A stretch of DNA of 64,000 nt, from contig NC_047073.1 of assembly GCF_902459465.1 (NCBI RefSeq), positions 12,648,001 to 12,712,000 of the forward strand, in the 5' to 3' direction. The notes beneath the pieces were generated by a model. It was not told where the DNA came from, did no database searches, and saw nothing but the letters and a program-made list of their open reading frames with translations. This stretch comes from Asterias rubens (taxonomy: Eukaryota). Made by a program: the position numbers and the translations under genes. Below are positions 49,601-61,600 of this stretch, one piece after another (the stretch's first letter is position 1; every line of letters starts with the position of its first letter).

Positions 49601-52600
49601 GCCAATGCTAGTACCAACGACAGTGGTATTTATGAGTGCCATTATAAACATGAACGTGGCAAAGGAAACCAGGCGCTACTGAGATTGATTGTTAGAGGTA
49701 AGCAAAATGATTCATTTATTTATTTATAATGAAAAAGAATATGTTGTTTCACATCTCTCCCATTCTACATAATCCCAACTGGATACCCGTTTATTTCATA
49801 ATACAATATGAGATCATTCTTCTGACATTCAAGGCTCTCCATGGACTAGCCCGTACCTACATACAGAGCATGCTTCAGCCCCGTAGTGTCAGGCCGAGTC
49901 TGAGGTCATCGGGCAGCATGCTTTATGTTCCTCTGACCTGTTTATCCAGCTATGTATGGCCTTTAGTAACATTTCAACCAATCTCTGGAACTCTCTGCCT
50001 CAACATCTCAAGGATACACATGACATCTCACGATTCCAACAATCTCTTAAGACCAATGTCTTCAGATTAGCCTATAAACATGAGTGAAATTGTATTCTTG
50101 TTCTTGACCAGCGCCGTTGAATGTCATACAGATAAAGTGCGCTTTACAAATTATGTTTTATTATCATATTATTATAACTGTCTAGATATGAATACTTTCA
50201 CTTAACTCTGCAATACAATACAGCAGACCAAAACACTGTGCATTAGGCAGTCTATGAAAATAATGGATAATTAACACACACTAATACACTACACAAACGG
50301 GGGTTTAATTGCTGCATAAAATGGACTCTGGGCATCCCCAACACCCTTGAGATGGTCTAGAGATACTAAAACAATTCCCCCATACCATGCTTGCCTGCAG
50401 AGAATCCATCATGTATTCTAAATAAGGCATAGTCCCCACACTAACGACATTGGTCAACGCAAGTCAATGGGGGAAATCTCCATAATACCTTGGACCAGTG
50501 CCAGGGTAAACCAGATGAGCTAGGTTACTCAAACTCTCCATTATGTTTATCAATCGTATAATGGAGGAAGTCAAGAAAAAAACAGCTTCCTACTTTATTA
50601 ATAAGAGGAGTAGATAACAAAAACTGTTGATTTTGTGCCATGAAAACCATGGTTAAACTAGAACCAGACTTCAATGAACATATGTTAGCAACTACTTCTC
50701 TCTAAAACATCAGAGACACAATTAAATAGGTATATGCTCCATCTAACTGCATCCGAAGCCCATTGCGATCACCAGGCCTTGGTCAACGTGCCGTTAGCTT
50801 GAACTGCGAAGGACGGAATTTTTCACAAAGTAAATGCGAATGTTTTATAACTGGGGATTGGTGATAACGTTTAGTCAGCCGTCACCCAAACAAACTCAAG
50901 CTCAAAACACCAAAGGACGATCAGAGACGACAGACACCTGTTTTTTATAAAGACATGTCGTACATTTCTACTAAAAGGTTCAAGCCAAACTATTTGTTTT
51001 ACGTTTCGTTTGTTTTATTATTTTTAATAGATAGTGATTTAATTTGCTAGTAAGCCTATATTTAGTTGCTGCTTACTTTTGTTCGCACTCACTGATTGGT
51101 TTACAGACAATTATATGGGCGCACGACATTGCAAATCCACACAGGTCGACTGCGAATAAATGTCCGCCTAGTGGAAACACGTTGGCGTAAGAATAGTTAT
51201 ATTGTCCCCCTCTGTTTTCGTTTAGAATGGCAACTAATGCCAATCGTCTTAACTTCACTGTAGTTATAAGTTATAACTTGAGGCCGGTAACAATCTGTAG
51301 CAGAATATTCCCGGCAGTCTAAGAAGCTCAGGCAAATCATCGATTGCTGACTATTCCTGTGTCATCGTAAAGTTGATCGACCAGCTTGCGGCTTAAATAT
51401 GCGGAATGGAGGGTTAAATATAAAAAAGAACAAGTATTTGTATGCTGGTTTGAATGCTAACGTATGCCATGTTTTTCTTTGTGAAAACAGGATGCCCACA
51501 ACATAAATATGACCTAACGGATTGTAGCAACAAGTGTCCGAGATGTCTTAATGGTGGCGTTTGTTCTGACGTTGATGGTGACTGCATTTGTCCACCTGGG
51601 TTTGGTGGTAAAATTTGTGGAGAAGGTGAGCAGAAAAAATATGAACATTTTATAGCACTTTACTTAAAACAAAACTAATACACCCTAGTGAAACAAAGTT
51701 TCTAAATAAAAATCTTGCAACCTGAAAGGCTGAGCCATGTCTATACTATGTTGGCATTTAGGCATAGGTACCTATATATTAACCTTGGTAAATATACCGT
51801 TCATATGTTTCAGACCATATTAAGTCATATTATGGTATTTTGCTAATCAACCTGGGCCCAATTTCATAGAGCTGCTGAGCACAACAATTTGCTTAGCTTG
51901 AAATTTCTTCCTTGATAAAAACAGGTTTACCAACCAAATTTCCATGTGATTTTCAGGATAGGCAAATACAAGCTGAATACCAGACAAGCACTATGCAACA
52001 AATGGAAATTTGGCTGGTAATCCTGTTTTTATCTGGGAAGAAATTTCATGCTTAGCAGATTTTTGTGCTTAGCAGCTCTATGAAATTGGGCCCTGGTTGG
52101 AGACCACACTAAACTGCATGCTAAAGTTGTGATTTTTGGAAGAGTTGTTGGAGCCACGTGCCACCAATCTGGTTGTTTATTACCACCCCCCCAAAAGACC
52201 GCGTGATTACACTGTTCTTAAGAAGTATCATCCATATCATGCACCACAGTAATTAATTAGGTGTTCATCACGTTGCGTTCAACTGATCACCGTGTTTTTG
52301 TAATAAACAAAAAACTCTATGTCTAGTTGTTGTTGGTATCATGATGCATTAGTAAAAGGACCGAACCGCTTTGGCCAAAAAGGGAGCCTCCGCTGCGATG
52401 CTGTTGGGTTGCCTCACGATGGTTCTACCTGCAAAGGAATGCTGTTCTGTTTACCGGATCCATACGGATGCAGCTGTGCCGCTGGGTACCAGGGACTTGA
52501 GTGCAAGACAGGTACACTTTAAACTCAAACAATCAGAAAACATCACCAAACAATGTGCCATTGATAAAATAACATATTCATAGGCTAAACGCAAACAATA

Positions 52601-55600
52601 TTTTCAAAAGCCAAGAACAAAATACAGCTTCCAAAGAAAACATAAATGCACAAAGAGTACACCTATCCCTTCCCCCACTGTCTTGAACGACTATGTTAGA
52701 TCCAACCACGCGAACTTTATTACCATGGGTTTAGAATCCCTATAGAAACAAAATTTCATTCGGTGTACGTTTTCTGGGCAAAAAGCTTCAATGTACCAGG
52801 AGTTGATAAACAGACAGCCAGCGTTCGGTTTGTTTTTAGCACTTTGCTTTGGTTCTTTCATAACTGGTTCAGATTGTCACGATGGAACTTACGGTGCCAA
52901 CTGTGACCAGAACTGTCACTGTGCCGACAGTGCGTCATGTGATGGAACAACGGGTGAATGTGATGGAGACTGTGCAGCGGGATACAAAGGAGACAACTGC
53001 CAAGGTACGGATTATAGCTGGAAACTGGACATTTAAGAAACACCGAATTTGATATTCAGTGTCTACATTAATAATCATCATGTATCTTTTCCTATTTCCC
53101 AGTACAATGTACCTCTGGTGAATTTGGTTTGAACTGTAACCAGACTTGTCACTGTGCGGACGTGGAATCATGTAATGGAACAACGGGTCGGTGTATCGGA
53201 GACTGTGCATCGGGATACAAAGGAGATAACTGTCAAGGTACGGAAAAATGCCTTCATCTGAATCTTGAAATGTAAGGAAGTTCAATTTTACAATGTTCTC
53301 TTTTCTGCTTTTCAGTGTGTATCGATGGCAATTTCGGTGTCAACTGTGCCCAGAACTGTCACTGTGCTGTTACTGGACCAAATAATTATAGGTGTCAACT
53401 AAAGGATTGTGACGGTGCTTTTCCATTTTAGGTTAAATGCTAAGGTTTTCTTAAACGGTAAATTATGTTATACATGTACATAAACATGTGTTGTGTGCAA
53501 CTATACACCAACATAATGGACATTTTAATTGAAAAGACGATGGCATTTTTTAGATATTGACGAAATTATGGAGCAAGTGTAATAAGAAAACACAATCACA
53601 GAAGTGCTACTGACATTAAACGCTTCTCAGATTCCAATTGCAGGGAATAGCAACTGATCTTTTTACATAACATACATTACTTTGATGTGAAACGTTCTCA
53701 AAATGTTTTATGTTATCCAAAGTTGATAAGTTGATGTATGAAGCTTACCGAAAGCTGTATATTGCCAGAGTGATTACCAAACGTACGCATTCCCTTTATA
53801 AGTTGTTATAATGGTGTTTTTGATTCAACAGAGCAATGTCTTCTCTACGAATATAAGCTATCGTGCAGTACGACTTGTACAATATTAGGTAGGTTGCATT
53901 CATCTGCTGAACCCAGATATGTAGGCTTGTTCCCAACTCGATCTTCCCTATCTGTGATTCTTTTATGATGAAATTTAGATACTCGTTGTTAATCTTTAAA
54001 TCAAAAAATGGTCTGATAAATTTTCTTCCCAATGTGTCTTCCCTATTTTAAACTTTTTTGGGGTCACATATTTGCTGATGTTTTTTGTTTGTTAGAGCAA
54101 AATATTATGACTAACTGTTTATATCCTGTTTATATCCTGCATTGCCTTTTGCATTATTCTTATTGTAGCTCAGTCCTGTCTCTCTGCATGGATGTATTAA
54201 AGTGAGGCGTGGTCTCCAAGGTCAATGTAATCATGACATTTAAGGGATTAGTTCCATGGTTCATTTTCACCCATTGAGCAGTGACTTTGTGAAGTGAGTT
54301 GTATACGCTCTTCACGATCTTTTATACACTCGGAATGTTCCAATTGATTTCAGATCCCAACATGATACCCCGACGTCTCAGTGTGTCTTCTTATTCTGCT
54401 GACGATTCATTCACTCACACATTATCATGGGAACCAGTAATCTGCCCAGCAAAAGGCTTCAGTATTGTGAACTACGTATATAAGGTCCTTGATGGACGTG
54501 GGAGTGAAGTTGAACCTGTTGAAATCGAGGGTACTTCTGTCAACCTTCACTTGACTAATTGCACAAGATATCAACTCGAAGTTGCTGCACGAACGAGTAA
54601 AGGCATCGGGATTTACAGTGAAGAAATCTACACGACTAAATCAACGGGTAAATAATCTCTTAAATAAGTCAGTTCGGTATATGTTATAATTATTGTGTGT
54701 TTAGTTGTGAGTTTAAGTTTGCATTTAACCATAGTTTCATATTAATCATTGCTGACACAATGGCGTGCATTTAGCCCTCGGGGCGCTGGCAGTTGTTTAT
54801 GGACAAGTAGCAGTAGGCCTACTGAGATACCTTGTGATCTACAAGCCTGATTATGATACGGTACACGGCAAAACACGAGACAAGACGCTTGATGTGCAAA
54901 TAATTATTGTTTGTGTAAGTTCCGGCACAATTTTCAAAAAAATACAAAGTGAAATATAAGTGAGCAGCATTAAACTTAATATTACTACAATTTGCAACTT
55001 GCAACTAAGCGCAAAATGTGGCTATAGTTTCATACATCTTCTACTCAGGTCAGTAATAATGTTTCAAAATAAAGAAGATTAACGTCGTAGCATGAAATTG
55101 TCATGGGTGTTATTATAGCCTTCTTTTCTTGTATTTGTTTGTTTTTGAAGTTCCCAATCCTGTAGCAAGCGTAACCGTGTCTCCAACAAGCCATAATCAA
55201 CTTGCAGTATCATGGGATACTCCTCTTACCGACAATCAGAGTCCTTGTCATGCCACTGAATACCTGGTGACATATGACCTTATACAACTTGAGCAGTGTG
55301 AGGTGGCAAGTAGAGGTATTGAAACATTGACCACAACCAACACTACACTCACAATTGAGAGACTTGAAGCGTACTCAACATACTGGGTGACTGTTACATC
55401 GAAAAACCAAGCTGGAAGTAGTACCCCCGTCTCCACAACTATGACGACAAAAGAAACAAGTAAGTAAGAGTCACTTTTTGTGCTTAACTGCTCAACAACA
55501 AGAGCAAACTAACCATCTTCAAATCAACCGTATAATCAATTATATTGTATGGCTCGGATACATGGACAGTCACCCGGGAACTTGAAGAGAAACTGGATGG

Positions 55601-58600
55601 GTGCTATACAAAACTCATGCGGAAACGCTTCAACGTTCACTGGAGTCAACACATGACAGATACAGAAATGTACGGTAAGGAGCCAAAACTATCCACCAAA
55701 ATACAACAGCATCGTCTGAGACTAGCAGGGCATTCATACAGAAGCACCAGAGAACCTGTCTCTCAGCCTATGACCTGGTCACCGAAACATGGAAGGAGAA
55801 ACAGGGGAAGACAAATGGCTCAGCTATACAGATGTAGTTGCTAGGGACATCGGGGTGCTTCCAGCTGATCTTCCCAACCTAATGAGACCTAGAGAGGGAT
55901 GGGCGAGCCTCAACATGATTCCGACCTCGGTCGACTAGAGACAGAGTGAGAGAGAGAGAGAGACGGGGGGGGGGGGGGGTTAGAGAAGGGTCGATGTTAC
56001 TATGGAAAGTTGTGTTTTACTTTGCTTCTATTGTGCAGAGTTTAGTTGATCTGTAAGGACTGTACCATTATTCTATAGAACTCCGCTTGTAGAGTTTTTT
56101 TTGTCTTATGATATTTTAAATTAAATCGTTTACTGTGGTTTCATAACAGAACCAGAAGCACCAACTGTAATTGTCGACTCGACATCGACAGATTACATCG
56201 AGTTCGCATGGGAGCTTCCATGTGGAAGAACGGGTGGCAACATAACAGAGTACCGATACAAGTATAAAAAAGCAACAGACAATAAGTTCATGCAGACTAC
56301 CACAACAACGGATACACGTATAAGGATAACTTCCTTAACGCCATGCACTTCATATGTATTTCAAGTGACAGCTTTGAACAGCATTGGAAAGGGAACGTGG
56401 TCCAATGAGACTAGGCAAAATACAACACAAAAGGGTAATTTATGGTATATCCAACGTCATAACAGCATAACAATAATTAATAAAGCATTATTGCAATGCA
56501 AAACTATTTTTTGTATTACCAATAATGACGTTATTATAAAAAAAACCGTGTTTATTGTGCGAGCTCTTTACATTCAAAGATTGAGTAGCTGTTTGTTCAA
56601 AAAAGTGATGTCATCATTACCGCAAAGGGATGCTAGCATTTTTAAAAGTTCTACCTTCTCATTTCCCTCATTCACACAATGCCACCAACAAAATTGTTCG
56701 AATAATTATTTAGGGGAATTCAAGTCGTAGAAAAATAACTTTTGTTGCTTAATTAATAAAACAGGTATACAGGTGTTAACCAATATAAATTTTGTTAATA
56801 GATTGTTAAAAGTCTTACTGGATCTTTGGTACTTTTGGTGAATAATTGTGTGTTGCATTGCATTTTATACAGAACCTTTGGGTGTCAGGAATTTAAGCGT
56901 TGAACCAGGCAGCCAAGGTATACTGGTTGCGTCTTGGGAAGACAGAGGAGTTGGCCATACAAATAATCCGTGCCTCGCTTCTAACTACCTTGTGACCTAT
57001 GAACTCATCAATCTGGATCAATGTGGGGAGGGTGATCAATCTGATGGCTCACTGAGCACTACAGATACAACCATCACTGTCGAGGGTCTTCACCCATACT
57101 CTACATACAAAATAAGTGTAACATCGAGAAATGAAGCTGGCGATGGACCCACGAAATCCAAATCAGCGATTACAACAGAAAGAAGTAAGTAAAATACCTG
57201 CTTGTTGTTGGCCATGTTTAGTGCATCTATTCCGTCAGCTCGTCGTAAGAGAGACGCAATGACACCTTTGTTGTTGAAAGATCTGCACATTTTCCGACTC
57301 CTCCTTATTATAAATGTGTTAATGGTCTCTTCCAACCAGGTTTCGGGATTGCGCCTACATTCAATAGCAGTAGAGTGACATCAACTAGCATCCGCATCAC
57401 GTGGAACCCCATCCCATGTGGTAGTAGAGGAGTTCGTATCACTGGTTACGGCGTGAGTTTGTCTCGACAAAACGGGCAGAGCAAGCGAGACAACCTACAG
57501 CAAGTGCCAAACACTTCTGTATCTGCACAGTTTGACCAGTTATTCCACTGTACAACATACATTATCACCGTAACTACTACACGACTTAGGGGTGAAGGGA
57601 CATCGTTTAGCCGTGAAATAGAAACTGACTCAATTGGTACGTATGGAATGGGCAGTTTAAAAACTTATGTTTAAAGCCATTGGACCCTTTCGGTAAACAC
57701 TATTGTCCAAGGCCCAGCCTTCGTGTATCACAATTTCTATATCAAATAACAAACCTGTGAAAATTTAGGCTCAATCGGTCATCGGAGTCTGGAGAAAATA
57801 ACGGGAAAACCCACCCGTGTATCCGCGCGTTTCGCCGTGTCATGACATGTGTTTAAAATAAATCCGTAATTCTCGCTAACGAGAATTGATATTGTTTTAC
57901 TGTTTTCTCAAAAAGTGAAGCATTTCATGGAATAATATTTCAAGGGAAGTCTTTCACCACTACCTTCTGTAAATCCTGTAAGTTAATCCTGTAAGTTATG
58001 GGAGCTTCCCTGTGGAAGAACAGGTGGCAACATAACGGAGTACCGATACAAGTATAAAACAGAAGCAGACAATGACCTCATCCACCTTAACACAACAACG
58101 GATAAACGTATAAGGATAACTTTCTTGACGCCATGCACTTCATATGTATTTCAAGTGAGAGCTATCAACAGCATTGGAAGAGGACCGTGGTCCAATGAGA
58201 CTAGGCAAAATACATTACAAAAGGGTAATACATGTTATATACAACGTCATAACATCATAACTATAATTAATTAATCATTATTGCAATGCAAAACTATTTA
58301 TTTTATTACCAGTATGACGTTATTATAAACAACCTATTCTGTTTATTGTGCAAGCTCTTTACATTCAAAGATTGAGTAGCTGTTTGTTCAAAAAAGTGAT
58401 GTCATCATTACCGCAAAGGGATGCTAGCATTTTTAAAAGTTCTACCTTCTCATTTCCCTCATTCACACAATGCCACCAACAAAATTGTTCGAATAATTAT
58501 TTAGGGGAATTCAAGTCGTAGAAAAATAACTTTTGTTGCTTAATTAATAAAACAGGTATACAGGTGTTAACCAATATAAATTTTGTTAATAGATTGTTAA

Positions 58601-61600
58601 AAGTCTTACTGGATCTTTGGTACTTTTGGTGATTAATTGTGTGTTGCATTGCATTTTATACAGAACCTTTGGGTGTCAAGAATTTAAGCGTTGAACCAGG
58701 CAGCCAAGGTATACTGGTTGCGTCTTGGAAAGACAGAGGAGTTGGCCATAAAAATAAAACGTGCCTTGCTTCTAGTTATTATGTGACCTATGAACTCATC
58801 AATCTGGATCAATGTGGGGAGGGTGATCAATCTGATGGCTCATTGAACACTACAGACACAACAACCACTGTCGAGGGTCTTCATCCATACTCTACGTACA
58901 AGATAAGTGTAACATCGAGAAATGAAGCTGGCGATGGCCCCACGAAATCCAAATCAGCGACTACAGCAGAAAGAAGTAAGTCAAATACTAAATGCTTGTT
59001 GATGTGCCCATGTTTAGTGTATCTATTCCGTCAGCTCGTCGTAAGAGAGACGCAATGACACCATTGTTGTTGAAAGATCTGCACATTTTCCGACTCCTCC
59101 TTACTATAAATGTGATAATGGTCTCTTCCAACCAGGTCTCGGGATTGCGCCTACATTTAATAGAAGTGAAGTGACTGCTAGTAGCATCAGCATCACTTGG
59201 AACCCCATCCCATGTGGCAGCAGAGGAGGCAGTATCACAGGCTACATCTCAAAGTTGTTTTTAAAAGGAAATATCCAAATTCAAGATGACGTGATTGGTG
59301 AGAGTACGTCTGTACAGTTTGACGAGTTGGCTCCATGTACAAACTACACCATCGCTGTAACTACAGACGGAGCAAGCATAGGCACATCATTTGAGCGGGA
59401 AGAGACCACATTTACTGTCGGTATGTACATATAAATATAGAACTGTTTACCAAAATGAGTCTCAAACAAAAGGGAGTATAGGACCATGTAAAAAAGTATT
59501 AAAACAAAAAACGCATTACAAACAAAGCTTCACTGCATGGCACTTGGGGAAAATGGCTGAGACGCGTACTTAACTATTGAAGATATAATTAATAAAGCAT
59601 TATTGCAATGCAAAACTATTTTTTGTATTACCAATAATGACGTTATTATAAAAAAACCGTGTTTATTGTGCGAGCTCTTTACATTCAAAGATTGAGTAGC
59701 TGTTTGTTCAAAAAAGTGATGTCATCATTACCGCAAAGGGATGCTAGCATTTTTAAAAGTTCTACCTTCTCATTTCCCTCATTCACACAATGCCACCAAC
59801 AAAATTGTTCGAATAATTATTTAGGGGAATTCAAGTCGTAAAAAAATAACTTTTGTTGCTTAATTAATAAAACAGGTATACAGGTGTTAACCAATATAAA
59901 TTTTGTTAATAGATTGTTAAAAGTCTTACTGGATCTTTGGTACTTTTGGTGATTAATTGTGTGTTGCATTGCATTTTATACAGAACCTTTGGGTGTCAAG
60001 AATTTAAGCGTTGAACCAGGCAGCCAAGGTATACTGGTTGCGTCTTGGAAAGACAGAGGAGTTGGCCATAAAAATAAAACGTGCCTTGCTTCTAGTTATT
60101 ATGTGACCTATGAACTCATCAATCTGGATCAATGTGGGGAGGGTGATCAATCTGATGGCTCATTGAACACTACAGACACAACAACCACTGTCGAGGGTCT
60201 TCATCCATACTCTACGTACAAGATAAGTGTAACATCGAGAAATGAAGCTGGCGATGGCCCCACGAAATCCAAATCAGCGACTACAGCAGAAAGAAGTAAG
60301 TCAAATACTTAATGCTTGTTGATGTGCCCATGTTTAGTGTATCTATTCCGTCAGCTCGTCGTAAGAGAGACGCAATGACACCATTGTTGTTGAAAGATCT
60401 GCACATTTTCCGACTCCTCCTTACTATAAATGTGATAATGGTCTCTTCCAACCAGGTCTCGGGATTGCGCCTACATTTAATAGAAGTGAAGTGACTGCCA
60501 GTAGCATCAGCATCACTTGGAACCCCATCCCATGTGGCAGCAGAGGAGGCAGTATCACAGGCTACATCTCAAAGTTGTTTTTAAAAGGAAACATCCAAAT
60601 TCAAGATGACGTGATTGGTGAGAGTACGTCTGTACAGTTTGACGAGTTGGCTCCATGTACAAACTACACCATCGCTGTAACTACAGACGGAGCAAGCATA
60701 GGCACATCATTTGAGCGGGAAGAGACCACATATACTGTCGGTATGTACATATAAATATAGAACTGTTTACCAAAATGAGTCTCAAACAAAAGGGAGTAAA
60801 GGACCATGTAAAAAGTATTAAAACAAAAAACGCATTACAAACAAAGCTTCACTGCATGGCACTTGGGGAAAATGGCTGAGACGCGTACTTAACTATTGAA
60901 GATATAATTACTACCGGTTGCATGTTGAGTCCGATCCCCAAAACATTTCATCACTTTACAAAAAAATAAAATGCATATTATGGTTCGTATTAAGGCACCC
61001 CGAAGAGGAGCGACAGGCAGAGCTTCTTGATTATGTCAATAACACTGGAACAGGGCAATGTTCGCTGCTTCGTTTTTCTCCAAGGGATGCAATATTATAC
61101 ATGTATATTGAAACGTATAACGACGTCACATCTTTTTTACTAGCTCCAGGAAGAGTGACCGTGCTACGAGCAAACCCAACCCCAGACGCAACCCAGATCC
61201 ATGTTACTTGGCTGAACCCCAACGCCAACAACTGCCCAGTTTCTAAGTACAAAGTAGAATATCAACTTACGAACAGGTAGGAATTGTATGATCTAAGTAA
61301 ACAAACAAACACCAACGCTGTATTATAGGTTGTATCATGTTTAAATAAATTTTATATATGCATGTGTTTTCCCATCTTCTTATTTTCTTACTTCTTTATT
61401 TGCTTGTTTTACTGAAATTAGTTCGTGTCTATTTTTAACTATATAAATATGCGTTTGTTTTTCTGTTGTTCTTTTTTTCTCAGATGTGGATTTTTTCATG
61501 ATTTAGTCAAAAGTACTTTCAAGTTAATACAAATTAACTTCCTTGAATGAAAGTACATGTTGTTTCTTAGTGAACTGTTTTACCAGTTGCAATCAAATAT

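Noticed and set aside
50200-50620. Possible additional degraded retroelement coding sequence
   Set aside because: I could not recover a convincing RT or endonuclease motif by eye; needs a translated repeat search.
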